Assembly: GCF_000010065.1 (NCBI RefSeq)
Contig: NC_006576.1
Location: 1,890,001 to 1,922,000, forward strand
Reading direction: 5' to 3'
DNA from: Synechococcus elongatus PCC 6301
Lineage (GTDB): Bacteria; Cyanobacteriota; Cyanobacteriia; Synechococcales; Synechococcaceae
Length of the DNA stretch: 32,000 bases
Of the stretch, positions 1 to 8,732 are shown one piece after another. The notes beneath the pieces are model-generated. The model did no database searches. It worked only from the letters and a program-made list of their open reading frames with translations, and had not been told where the DNA came from. A program made the translations under genes and the position numbers. The first letter of the stretch is position 1; each line of letters starts with the position of its first letter.

Positions 1-204
1 GGCGCCCGGCAGGTCGATCACGATCCGCTGGGGATTAAAGATCAGTTGCGCTTGGGGAGCGATCGCCCCTTGAGTCTTGAACTCTAGGCGATTCTGACTC
101 GCATCCAAGCGCCAAAACAGCAGTTGATTGGCTCGGGCCGGCAACGCTAAAACTGTCGTGAGTAACAGGCTGCCTAGACCAATAGCCCAAGTTCGCGATC
201 GCAT
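1..204 (-). CDS. N-terminal part of an AMIN-domain envelope protein (AmiC-type cell-wall amidase or secretin-type); the gene runs off the left edge
   Basis: It is absent from the ORF track because it has no stop in the window. The minus-strand ATG at 204-202 is preceded by GAGGAG. My translation is MRSRTWAIGLGSLLLTTVLALPARANQLLFWRLDASQNRLEFKTQGAIAPQAQLIFNPQRIVIDLPGA. This reads as a signal peptide followed by the AMIN pattern (..RLEF.T....F.NP.R.VIDLPG). The track ORF 35..229(-) is in another frame and looks spurious. Confidence 0.55.
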   Translation of the reverse strand, partial: MRSRTWAIGLGSLLLTTVLALPARANQLLFWRLDASQNRLEFKTQGAIAPQAQLIFNPQRIVIDLPGA

Positions 205-253
205 GCCTGTTCTCCTCAGCCAAGCTCACTCTGCTGCCTGCCCGACGCTGCCA

Positions 254-1639
254 CTAAGAGCCAGGTTCCACAGCAGTCGTGGGTTCTCCTCGGAAGGCTA
301 ACCGCAACAGCGGGGGAGCCAGGAACGTGGTCATGATCACCATGACAATCACGCCTGCGTTCAGCGATTCGGACAGAATACCGCTGCTCGCGCCCACCCC
401 TGCAAAAACGAGGCCGACCTCACCGCGCGGAATCATCCCTACGCCTATCGCCAGACGGTTGAGCGGGGTCGAACTACCCACCAAGCGGAAGCCGGTGATC
501 ACTTTGCCCAGCACGGCTACAACTAGCAAGAAGCCGGCAATAATCAGCCCGGCCCGATTGACTGGATCGGCTGGGTTGAGAACGCTCAGATCGGTTTTGG
601 CACCAACCACCACAAAAAAGATCGGCACGAGAACGTCAGCCAGGGGTTTCACCTGCTCCTTCAGTTCTTCGCCCTTCTCGGTTTCAGCCAAAATTAAGCC
701 GACAGCAAACGCCCCCAAAATGGCTTCCAGACGCACAAACTGAGCAATCAAGCCCGCTAGGATGGCAGCGACCAAGGCGACCACCAGCACTTCACCCCGA
801 GTCTGCATGCTGCTGACCAGGTTGACGAAGAACGGATTCAGCCAGCGGCCGATAAAAATGGCACCCACCAAAAAGGCCGTCGAGCTGACGATCAAAATCA
901 CAATGTTGCTGGGGCGAATTTCGCCGGTTTTCGCCAAGCTGCTCACGACCGCCAAGACGATGATGCCGAGGATGTCATCGATGATGGCGGCGCCAATGAT
1001 GATTTGACCTTCTGGTGAATTGAGTCGGCCTAGCTCAGACAGCACCTTGGCTGTAATGCCAATGCTAGTGGCGGTGAGGGCAGCCCCGGCAAAGACAGCC
1101 GGAATCGTCGCAATGTGGAACAGGTAAATCAGGCCCAACGTGCCGGCGGCAAAGGGTGCTGCGACGCCCACAACGGCCACGATCGCTGCCTTCGTGCCAA
1201 CCTTGAGCAGTTCATCGAGGTTAGATTCGAGGCCAATTTCGAATAAGAGGATAATGACGCCAATCTCAGACAGCACCGAGATCACTTCTGACTGCGTCGC
1301 AAAAATCGTCGGCATCCAGTTGTCAGGGGCGCCGCTGATCTGCTGCAGGAAGTTGAGGAGAACGACATCCTCGGCTCCGGCTCCACTCGAGGGGAACACG
1401 AGAAGTCGCAGAACAGAGGTGCCGACCAGGACGCCTCCCAGTAGCTCACCCAGCACGGGGGGGAGATTGACACGCACGCAGAGTTCCCCACCCAGTTTGC
1501 TGGCGAGGTAGACCACGACCAGTCCTAGAAGCACAGAGACCAAAATCAGGGTCGAGGCTTCAGGACTCTCAATAATCTCAATCGTCTCGGCCAAGATGGG
1601 AGGCCATCCCAGCGCTGAACTCAAGAATTGAAGCATCAA
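254..1639 (-). CDS. Cation/proton (Na+/H+) antiporter, CPA2 family, NhaS3-like
   Basis: The 461-aa protein is highly hydrophobic and polytopic, with about 12 predicted helices and Gly/Ala/Ile/Leu-rich segments typical of the Na_H_Exchanger family. The length matches cyanobacterial NhaS3-type antiporters. Confidence 0.85.
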   Translation of the reverse strand: MMLQFLSSALGWPPILAETIEIIESPEASTLILVSVLLGLVVVYLASKLGGELCVRVNLPPVLGELLGGVLVGTSVLRLLVFPSSGAGAEDVVLLNFLQQISGAPDNWMPTIFATQSEVISVLSEIGVIILLFEIGLESNLDELLKVGTKAAIVAVVGVAAPFAAGTLGLIYLFHIATIPAVFAGAALTATSIGITAKVLSELGRLNSPEGQIIIGAAIIDDILGIIVLAVVSSLAKTGEIRPSNIVILIVSSTAFLVGAIFIGRWLNPFFVNLVSSMQTRGEVLVVALVAAILAGLIAQFVRLEAILGAFAVGLILAETEKGEELKEQVKPLADVLVPIFFVVVGAKTDLSVLNPADPVNRAGLIIAGFLLVVAVLGKVITGFRLVGSSTPLNRLAIGVGMIPRGEVGLVFAGVGASSGILSESLNAGVIVMVIMTTFLAPPLLRLAFRGEPTTAVEPGS

Positions 1640-1674
1640 GTGTCTTTACACTCCTTGTACGGATACAGCCGAGA

Positions 1675-2505
1675 TTATGCACTCGGGACTGTAGTTGAAA
1701 GGACGCGGTGTTGGAGACAGGGCATCTGCTGGCGCACGGTAGCCAGCCGCCGAGGCGAGATTTCAGCGATCGCGAGGCCAGGCTCGCGCCCTGCATTGGC
1801 CAAAACAATCCCCCACGGATCGACAATCATGGCGTGGCCATGGGTTTGACGGCGTCCGTAATGAACACCCGTTTGTGCCGGCGCAATGATATATGCCGTA
1901 TTCTCAATCGCTCGGGCCTGCAGCAGTACCTGCCAGTGATCTTTGCCGGTAAAGGCAGTGAATGCCGCTGGCACAAAAATCACTTCTGCCGACTGATTGG
2001 CTAGATGGCGATAAAGTTCCGGGAAGCGGACGTCATAGCAAATCGAAAATCCCAAGCGCCCAAAACGTTCCGAGTCATAGACGGGCGGATACTCACGACC
2101 AGCGAGAACCGTTGCCGACTCCTGATAGGTGTTGCCATCCGGGAGGTCGACATCGAACAGGTGAACCTTGTTGTACTGGGCTAGGGTCTGACCATCAGGC
2201 CCAACGAGAAGTAGTGTGTTGGTGACGTGATTGTGCTCGGCTGGAACCGGGAAGCCCCCGCCCAACAACGTAATTTGATAGCGCTGGGCCATCGTTTTCA
2301 GGAACTTTTCGGTGCGTTCAGCAATCTCAGGGGCTTGCTGAACCTTTTGGGCCTCTTCCCCTAAAAATGAAAAGTTCTCAGGCAGACCAACAAGCTCAGC
2401 ACCCCGCCGCACGGCTAGGTCGATCCATTCTTCCGCTTGAGTGAGATTCTTTTCGAGATCCGGCAGACTGGTCATCTGCACAGCTGCGGCCAAGTAAGAC
2501 TTCAT
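1675..2505 (-). CDS. Carbon-nitrogen hydrolase (nitrilase superfamily, Nit/omega-amidase-like)
   Basis: The Glu-Lys-Cys triad contexts are present: LVGLPENF, YNKVHLFD, GFSICYDVRFPE. I placed the start at the internal ATG (MKSYLAAAVQMTS...), which matches family N-termini. The 12 upstream codons of the track ORF are probably not translated. Confidence 0.85.
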   Translation of the reverse strand: MKSYLAAAVQMTSLPDLEKNLTQAEEWIDLAVRRGAELVGLPENFSFLGEEAQKVQQAPEIAERTEKFLKTMAQRYQITLLGGGFPVPAEHNHVTNTLLLVGPDGQTLAQYNKVHLFDVDLPDGNTYQESATVLAGREYPPVYDSERFGRLGFSICYDVRFPELYRHLANQSAEVIFVPAAFTAFTGKDHWQVLLQARAIENTAYIIAPAQTGVHYGRRQTHGHAMIVDPWGIVLANAGREPGLAIAEISPRRLATVRQQMPCLQHRVLSTTVPSA

Positions 2506-2580
2506 TGCTGCGCCTCGATCGCAGGCGAAAAGAGCAGACAAGACCTCAGGATTCTGCCATACTCCATTCCCACGTCGCTA

Positions 2581-4026
2581 ATGCCTAAGAGTGGACCCAT
2601 GCCTGCTTCGCTTCGACGGTGGTTGAGTGGCATCGCAGCGATCGCCTGTCTGCCTCTGCAGAGCCCTGCCGTCAATGCCCAGATTGCACCGGCACCTAGC
2701 ACAGGCTACAACTGCGATTTGGCGCTCTACTCCGTGCCCCAAGCGAACCTACTAGCGCGATCGCTCCAAGGCGACACGGTGGCCGACCAGCAGTATCGAC
2801 AACTCGTGCGCGAGCTAGCGATGGAACTGCGCAACTGTCGGCAACAGGTCTGGCCCCGCAAAATGGCGATCTGGGTCAGACTATACAGCTGCGACCTGCG
2901 GCCGGGCGGCTTAGACTCCCTGTTCGATGGCCTGCAAGCATTGGGTTACAACGAAGTTTTCATCGAAACTTTCTATGATGGCCGGGTGCTGCTGCCCGCT
3001 GCCGACAACCCCACAGTTTGGCCGTCTGTGGTGGCAGAACCGGGATTAGAACGTGTCGATCTTCTAGCAGAAGCCATCCGCAAAGGGCGGGAGCGGGGCA
3101 TGTCAGTCTATGCCTGGCTGTTCACCCTCAACTACGGTTACAGCTACAGCCAGCGCAGCGATCGCCAAGACACCCTAGCTCGCAATGGCCGCAGCGAGAG
3201 CAGTCTCGAAATTGTGTCAGGAGGTGCGCAGGTCTTTGTCGACCCCTTTAATCCCGTCGCCCGGCAAGACTACCAAACCTTACTGCGATCCGTTCTGAGC
3301 CGTCGCCCGGATGGGGTGCTGTTCGACTACGTTCGCTACCCTCGAGGCACAGGGGCTGCATCGGTGATGACAAAAGTGGCTGATCTCCTGATTCATACGA
3401 CTGCTGCCCGTCAGGCTTGGATCAATCAGCTCAACACGCCGGCAGGTCAGGCGTTGCTCACGGAATATCTCGATACGGGACGCCTCAGTCCAAGCGATCG
3501 CAACCAACTGGTGCTGTTGTTGGGCGATCGCCTCAAGGAACTCAACCTACGACAGGACGTAAATCCACTCTGGTCATTGGCCGTCTATCATGCCTGGCGC
3601 GGTGTGGTGGAATTTGTCGATGAGGCTGTGGGCACGGTTGCGCAGGCAGGTCTGCCTTCCGGGGCCGTCTTCTTCCCCTTTGGCAATGCGCGGGTAGGGC
3701 AGCAGGGTTGGGACTCCCGCATGCAGCCTTGGGACCGATTCCCCAACAGCATGGAATATCACCCGATGAGTTATGCCCTCTGCGGCGATCGCCACGACTG
3801 CGTGATGGCAGAAGTGCAGCGGGTTTTGGAGGCGAAACCTAACTCAATCGTTCAACCCGCGATCGCAGGCACTTGGGGCGCCAACTTTAATGCCCATCTA
3901 CCCCTCGAACAGCGCATGGCCGCGCTCCGGTCAACCTTCGGCGATCGCATCGATCGCGTTAGTCATTTCTCTTTAGCTTGGATGGATCCCCAAGGGGAAC
4001 GTCAGCGCCAACGCTGTCGTCTCTAA
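2581..4026 (+). CDS. Secreted glycoside-hydrolase-like TIM-barrel protein (GHL10/UPF0748-type), function unknown
   Basis: A signal peptide follows the internal ATG (MPKSGPMPASLRRWLSGIAAIACLPLQSPAVNAQ). The core motifs GYNEVFIETFYDG, VYAWLFTLNYG, VFVDPFNP and DGVLFDYVRYP resemble the family-10-like hydrolase fold. The family call is from memory of its motifs. Confidence 0.55.
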   Translation: MPKSGPMPASLRRWLSGIAAIACLPLQSPAVNAQIAPAPSTGYNCDLALYSVPQANLLARSLQGDTVADQQYRQLVRELAMELRNCRQQVWPRKMAIWVRLYSCDLRPGGLDSLFDGLQALGYNEVFIETFYDGRVLLPAADNPTVWPSVVAEPGLERVDLLAEAIRKGRERGMSVYAWLFTLNYGYSYSQRSDRQDTLARNGRSESSLEIVSGGAQVFVDPFNPVARQDYQTLLRSVLSRRPDGVLFDYVRYPRGTGAASVMTKVADLLIHTTAARQAWINQLNTPAGQALLTEYLDTGRLSPSDRNQLVLLLGDRLKELNLRQDVNPLWSLAVYHAWRGVVEFVDEAVGTVAQAGLPSGAVFFPFGNARVGQQGWDSRMQPWDRFPNSMEYHPMSYALCGDRHDCVMAEVQRVLEAKPNSIVQPAIAGTWGANFNAHLPLEQRMAALRSTFGDRIDRVSHFSLAWMDPQGERQRQRCRL

Positions 4027-4192
4027 AATCCCAATTGGTAATCGGACTGAGAAAAAGGATGGAGGCTCAGCTAACTGAGGCAGAGCGATCGGAATAGAAA
4101 AGGAATTAACCAAACCTTAAAGTACGAACAATCTTATCTTGATGCTCCTGTCGTTCCTATCACCTTAGAGTGACGGCAAGTCTTCTGTCGGT

Positions 4193-4834
4193 ATGCGGGA
4201 AAACATCATGACTCCAGTCTGGACACGCCCCACCCTTGCCTCTGGTCAGCTGCGTCAGGTTCTGGAACAAATCTACCGCGATCGGCCGATGCTGCATTTC
4301 ACCGCAGGTCAAACTGTTCCGCTGCCCCAAGATTCAATTTGGGTCGTTTGTCGCGGTATTGCCTTGATCACCACAAGCTATGAAAGTGGCGATGAGGCGT
4401 TGTTAGGACTGGCGGGTCCTTCGATGCCTTTTGGCTCTGCCCTCTCTTGGGTGATGCCCTACGAAGTTCAGGCACTGACGGATCTGGACTTGATTCGTCT
4501 CAAACTGGTTGAAATTGAGCAAACGCCTCTGCTTGCACAAGATCTCTTCTTGATGTTGGCGCAGCGCCATCGCCAGACCGAAATGCTGCTGAGTCCGATT
4601 GGTCAACGCCGCGTTGAAGACCGTTTGCGCAACTTCTTGCAACTGCTGGGCCGCGAATTTGGTCAGCCCGAAGATCAACTACTGCGCCTCAACTGTCGGC
4701 TGACCCATCAACACTTGGCCAACGCCCTGGGCACAACTCGCGTCACCGTGACTCGTCTGATTGGCCAATTCCGGCGGGAGGGCTGGTTAGATTTTGATGA
4801 CCAACGCCACCTTGTCTTGAAGGGCCTGCTCTAG
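4193..4834 (+). CDS. Crp/Fnr-family transcription factor with an NtcA-like recognition helix
   Basis: It has an N-terminal beta-roll effector domain and a C-terminal HTH, LTHQHLANALGTTRVTVTRLIGQFRREGWL. The start could instead be the ATG at 4208. Confidence 0.8.
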   Translation: MRENIMTPVWTRPTLASGQLRQVLEQIYRDRPMLHFTAGQTVPLPQDSIWVVCRGIALITTSYESGDEALLGLAGPSMPFGSALSWVMPYEVQALTDLDLIRLKLVEIEQTPLLAQDLFLMLAQRHRQTEMLLSPIGQRRVEDRLRNFLQLLGREFGQPEDQLLRLNCRLTHQHLANALGTTRVTVTRLIGQFRREGWLDFDDQRHLVLKGLL

Positions 4835-4924
4835 AACGGGAGGTCTACTCGACGGGTTTCCACACTGTCTGAACCCGTGCTGTAGTCGCTAGCGTAGGAG
4901 AAACGTTGCGTCTGCCCGAGGCCC

Positions 4925-5248
4925 ATGGACCGAAATAACTTGCTGCAACATCTGCTAATCTTCGGCATTGGCACGACAGCTCGTGTGGCCGATCGCTTGC
5001 GGGGGGTCAGTGACGAGTGGGTGCGCACCGGACGACTGGATCCGGATCAGGCCAAAGCGCTGATTGATGAACTGCAGCAGCAACTCAAGTCTGAGGGCGA
5101 AGAACTCGACCAGCGCTGGCAACGACAGTGGCGCGATTGGATTAACGAGCTGGGGCTAGCTCGTCAATCTGAAGTGGATGAATTGCGAGGCCGGATTGAT
5201 CGCCTCGAACGTCAGTTGCGAGCTTTAGAGGATCGCGGATGGCGCTAA
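4925..5248 (+). CDS. Small coiled-coil hypothetical protein (phasin-like architecture suspected)
   Basis: The 107-aa ORF has a charged heptad-like C-terminal half ([54 protein letters not shown]). There is no obvious SD. Coding status rests on ORF length and codon look only. Confidence 0.45.
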   Translation: MDRNNLLQHLLIFGIGTTARVADRLRGVSDEWVRTGRLDPDQAKALIDELQQQLKSEGEELDQRWQRQWRDWINELGLARQSEVDELRGRIDRLERQLRALEDRGWR

Positions 5249-5300
5249 ATTGAAGAGTGGCTTGGCAAACGGGCCAGCAACACTGTGGGAGGGTAAATCC

Positions 5301-5825
5301 GTGCGTGACATTCTGATCAGTTTTGCAGCCATGCTGCTCTGCCTGATCGTCTTTGTCGCGGCTCAGGTGTTTGGACCGACAACACCCGCTGCGATCGCTG
5401 CACCCAGTGCTGTCGAGGCATCTCCTCCGGTTGCGGCTGTTCCGCCAACCCCGATCATTTCCCAGACCACTCAATCGGAAACTATTGTGACGACAGCTTC
5501 TGGCCTGCAGTATGTGGATTTGGAAGTCGGCACCGGAGCTACGCCCCAACCGGGTCAAACCGTGGTGGTTCACTACACAGGCACCCTCGAGGATGGCACC
5601 CAGTTCGACAGCTCTCGCGATCGCAACCGGCCTTTCCAGTTCAAGCTAGGTGTTGGCCAAGTGATCAAAGGCTGGGATGAAGGCATTGCCACCATGAAAG
5701 TGGGCGGTCGCCGCAAGCTGACGATTCCGCCGACTTTGGCCTACGGTGAGCGCGGTGCTGGTGGCGTCATTCCCCCCAATGCCACGCTGATCTTTGATGT
5801 TGAACTGATTCGCATTGCAGGCTAG
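5301..5825 (+). CDS. FKBP-type peptidyl-prolyl cis-trans isomerase with N-terminal membrane anchor or signal
   Basis: The FKBP core is present: [84 protein letters not shown] chose the start at GTG 5301, which lies 7 nt after GGGAGGG. The track start at 5250 is a TTG directly after the upstream stop. Confidence 0.85.
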   Translation: MRDILISFAAMLLCLIVFVAAQVFGPTTPAAIAAPSAVEASPPVAAVPPTPIISQTTQSETIVTTASGLQYVDLEVGTGATPQPGQTVVVHYTGTLEDGTQFDSSRDRNRPFQFKLGVGQVIKGWDEGIATMKVGGRRKLTIPPTLAYGERGAGGVIPPNATLIFDVELIRIAG

Positions 5826-5921
5826 AGCAACTCCCAAATCTGACTCTCGGCTGCTCGGCCGCTAACGAACTGCTGATACTGGAATCTTTCAGGTCAACAG
5901 TTTTTGTTGGATAGGTGTTTT

Positions 5922-6623
5922 TTAGGGATCACCTGCGATCGCAGTCAGATTTTCTTCAGCTTGGAGTTGTTCTAAGGAGCAGGGCTGAAGATCTAGTTCA
6001 AAGGTCTGGGCAAAAGCGCCTGCTACCTGCGATCGCACGACCTCTAGGCGCACGTCTGGACAAAACTCAACCAGACTGCCGACAGCGCGATCACTGATGC
6101 CACAGGGCACGATCGCTTCAAAGCCAGCTAGATCAGGGCAGACATTGAGGGCAAAGCCATGCAGGCTGATCCAACGACTGACTTGAATCCCGATCGCGGC
6201 TAGCTTTTTCCCCTCAACCCACACGCCAGTCAGTCCTTCAATCCGTTCGCCAGTCAGGCCATAGTTGGCCAGAACCAAGATCAGGACTGCTTCGAGCTGG
6301 CGTAGATACCAATGCAGATCGCAGCGATGGTGGCGCAAGTTCAGGATTGGATATCCAACCAGCTGCCCTGGCGCATGGTGGGTGACTTCACCCCCGCGTT
6401 CAATGCGATAGACCGGCGCTGGGGGATGCTGCGGATCAAACTTGAGATGGGCTAAGCTCGAACCCCGCCCCAAGGTGTAAACAGCCGGATGCTCGAGCAG
6501 TAGCAACACATCGGGGCGATCGGGGTTATTGCGGCGATTGTCCTGAAGTTGGCGTTGCCAAGCCCAAACTTGGGCGTAGTCTAAACAGCCGGCTTGCACC
6601 AGCCAAGCAGCACGAGCGGACAC
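5922..6623 (-). CDS. lipB: Octanoyltransferase (lipoyl(octanoyl) transferase) LipB
   Basis: Motifs present are [41 protein letters not shown] and PCGI. The family N-terminus aligns with a GTG at 6623 ([12 protein letters not shown]...). The upstream ATG at 6752 would add 43 poorly protein-like residues, so the start is uncertain. Confidence 0.85.
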   Translation of the reverse strand: MSARAAWLVQAGCLDYAQVWAWQRQLQDNRRNNPDRPDVLLLLEHPAVYTLGRGSSLAHLKFDPQHPPAPVYRIERGGEVTHHAPGQLVGYPILNLRHHRCDLHWYLRQLEAVLILVLANYGLTGERIEGLTGVWVEGKKLAAIGIQVSRWISLHGFALNVCPDLAGFEAIVPCGISDRAVGSLVEFCPDVRLEVVRSQVAGAFAQTFELDLQPCSLEQLQAEENLTAIAGDP

Positions 6624-6772
6624 GAGCGGAAGGTCTGAGGCGGAGTTTGAGCAAGCAATTGTTTTGTTCGCCTTTCCTAGTCTAATCAATGATTTTGATA
6701 CTGAGAAGAGGCGATCGCTCTTGCCTGCATCAATAATTGTCAACAGACACAAAGGTTCTTAACGCACTCTTT

Positions 6773-6795
6773 CCTATCAGTTACAGAGTGATAGG
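6773..6795 (+). promoter_or_regulatory. Hairpin in the lrtA/hpf leader (CCTATCA - 9 nt - TGATAGG)
   Basis: A perfect 7-bp inverted repeat sits 34 nt upstream of the hpf ATG, just 5' of the GGGAGG Shine-Dalgarno at 6817-6822. A regulatory role is inferred only. Confidence 0.3.
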
Positions 6796-6828
6796 GTGGG
6801 GGTAGAAAACTTGTCTGGGAGGCGATTT

Positions 6829-7452
6829 ATGAAGCTAGTCGTCCAGGGAACCAACATCGATGTCACTGCTGCAATTCATGATTATGTGCAGCAAAAGCTG
6901 GACAAAGCTGTTAGCCACTACCAGAGCTTCTTGACTGAGATTGATGTTCATTTATCTGTTGCTAAACATGCTAAATCGAATCCGCGTCAAACGGCTGAGG
7001 TCACCATTTATGCGAATGGCACGGTCATTCGAGCGGAAGAGTGCAATGAAAATCTTTACGCCAGTATCGATTTAGTTTCAGATAAAATTACTCGCCAACT
7101 GAAGAAATATAAGGAGGAACTCCGCGATCGCAAAGGTCAGCTCTCAACTGCAGAAACTGCTGATCAGCTCTCGGATGGTGCCCTCGTCACCGATTTGCTC
7201 AACGGCCGGCAGCCCGAACTTCCTCAGGACATTGTGCGAACGAAATACTTCGCTATGCCAGCCATGACCGTCGAAGATGCCTTGGCACAGCTACAACTAG
7301 TTGATCACGACTTCTATATGTTCCGCAATGCGGCGACGGGAGAAATCAACGTGATCTATGAGCGTAATCACGGCGGTTACGGTGTGATTCAACCTCGACC
7401 CGAAGGCAACTCAGAGAAGGCGGTAGTCGTGCGAAGTGAGGCAGTGCTCTAG
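6829..7452 (+). CDS. lrtA: Ribosome hibernation promoting factor, long form (LrtA, light-repressed transcript A)
   Basis: It has an S30AE/HPF N-terminal domain ([27 protein letters not shown]...) plus the C-terminal dimerisation extension ([51 protein letters not shown]). GGGAGG lies 6 nt upstream of ATG 6829. Confidence 0.9.
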   Translation: MKLVVQGTNIDVTAAIHDYVQQKLDKAVSHYQSFLTEIDVHLSVAKHAKSNPRQTAEVTIYANGTVIRAEECNENLYASIDLVSDKITRQLKKYKEELRDRKGQLSTAETADQLSDGALVTDLLNGRQPELPQDIVRTKYFAMPAMTVEDALAQLQLVDHDFYMFRNAATGEINVIYERNHGGYGVIQPRPEGNSEKAVVVRSEAVL

Positions 7453-7493
7453 TCTCAACTTGATCAACCCTTTTCTCACTCTCCGACAATCTG

Positions 7494-7524
7494 CGCCTGA
7501 CAGTTCTGTCAGGCGTTTTCTTGT
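7494..7524 (+). terminator. Rho-independent terminator of lrtA
   Basis: CGCCTGACA-gttc-TGTCAGGCG forms a 9-bp stem followed by TTTTCTTGTT. It begins 42 nt after the lrtA stop and overlaps the last codons of the convergent larC-like gene. Confidence 0.6.
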
Positions 7525-8717
7525 TGCCATTGTTGCTGAGCAACCGTCTGAATGTGGTGCAGTGCGATCTGTTGTGCTTGGGCGATCGCTCGACAATCTT
7601 CATACTCAGGCTGAACGGTGAGGGGCGATTGCGGATCACCAGCGACCTTCACCCGCACCTCTCCCCACGGTGTTTGCACGCGATCGCGGCGACGCGGCAA
7701 GACCCGACGCTGTTCTCTACGGAACCGCAGGCCAATGGTGGTGGTCTCTCGGAAGAGGATGGTTTCGCAGGCTGCCTGCTGATCGGGCTGACAAATGATC
7801 GTCAGCAGCGTCCCAAGCCGTCCCTTCTTCATTGTGATCGCCTGGCTAAAAACCTCCAGTGCTCCCTGAGCGAGCAACTGCTCACTGACGTAAGCCAACA
7901 CCTGTGGGCTGCAATCATCAATTTGGGTTTCGATCACTTGAACCGTTTCTAGACTGCCTTCTGGACTTTGGGGCGTCATGACCAGATCGCTAGCGGTCCC
8001 AATCCAAAGCTTGAGCAAGTTAGGGATCGGCAGATCGTGGCTACCCGCCCCCCAGCCTGTCTTTTGGAGCTGGAGAGAGGGGGGTGGCCCAAAGGATTTT
8101 GCCAAGGTGACCGCGATCGCGGCCCCTGTCGGCGTGACTAACTCGCGCTCAATGCCATTGCTATAAACCGGCACCTGGCGTAGCTGCCAGAGCCTCAGCA
8201 CGGCCGGAACAGGCACAGAAAGCTGTCCGTGGGCTGCTTTGACGGTGCCACCCCCCGTGGGCAGTGCCGAACAATAGACGGCTTCAATGCCCAGGTAATC
8301 CAACCCCAAGCAGGTCCCGACAATATCAACAATGGCGTCGGTGGCACCCACTTCGTGGAAGTGCACTTGCTCAGGCGTGACGCCATGAACTGCTGCTTCT
8401 GCGATCGCCAACTGTTGAAAAACCGCAATACTCCAGTCGCGGACGCGATCGGGCAAACCAGCAGCTTCAATCAGAGCGACAATATGAGAAAGATGGCGAT
8501 GGGCATGTGGAGCTGCCTCGATCTGAACCTCGACGTAGGTTGCGGCCATCCCCTGCCGTAGCACTGGCGTTGCCACAAGCTGGTAGGGTTCGCTCAACGA
8601 CAGTCGCTGCAACTGCTGCTCGAGGTAGCTGAGGGGAACGCCTGCATCCACAAGGGCACCCAAACACATGTTGCCAGCAATGCCAGTTGGGCAGTCAAAG
8701 TAAGCGATTTGAGTCAT
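7509..8717 (-). CDS. larC: LarC-family protein (DUF111/UPF0272; nickel insertion, pincer-cofactor biosynthesis type)
   Basis: The family-typical N-terminus is present (MTQIAYFDCPTGIAGNMCLGALVDAGVP), along with a His-rich segment (AAPHAHRHLSH), FHEVGATDAIVDIVG and a C-terminal ferredoxin-like domain. I set the start at ATG 8717 rather than the track start at 8771. Confidence 0.75.
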   Translation of the reverse strand: MTQIAYFDCPTGIAGNMCLGALVDAGVPLSYLEQQLQRLSLSEPYQLVATPVLRQGMAATYVEVQIEAAPHAHRHLSHIVALIEAAGLPDRVRDWSIAVFQQLAIAEAAVHGVTPEQVHFHEVGATDAIVDIVGTCLGLDYLGIEAVYCSALPTGGGTVKAAHGQLSVPVPAVLRLWQLRQVPVYSNGIERELVTPTGAAIAVTLAKSFGPPPSLQLQKTGWGAGSHDLPIPNLLKLWIGTASDLVMTPQSPEGSLETVQVIETQIDDCSPQVLAYVSEQLLAQGALEVFSQAITMKKGRLGTLLTIICQPDQQAACETILFRETTTIGLRFRREQRRVLPRRRDRVQTPWGEVRVKVAGDPQSPLTVQPEYEDCRAIAQAQQIALHHIQTVAQQQWQQENA

Positions 8718-8732
8718 ACGAGGGAAGGGACC

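Noticed and set aside
279-1511. Long + strand ORFs (279..743, 762..1007, 1140..1511) antisense to the antiporter gene. Similar shadow ORFs include 13006..13764(+), 17977..18657(+), 18947..19540(+), 21648..22277(-) and 31132..31992(+).
   Set aside because: Their products are Arg/Pro/Ser/Thr-rich and low in complexity, with no motifs and no SD. Each lies fully inside a well-supported gene on the opposite strand. This is the typical antisense ORF artefact of GC-rich DNA.
4852-4878. Hairpin ACGGGTT-13nt-AACCCGT after the Crp-family gene as an intrinsic terminator.
   Set aside because: It has only a 7-bp stem, a large loop and no following T-run, so there is not enough support to call it a terminator.
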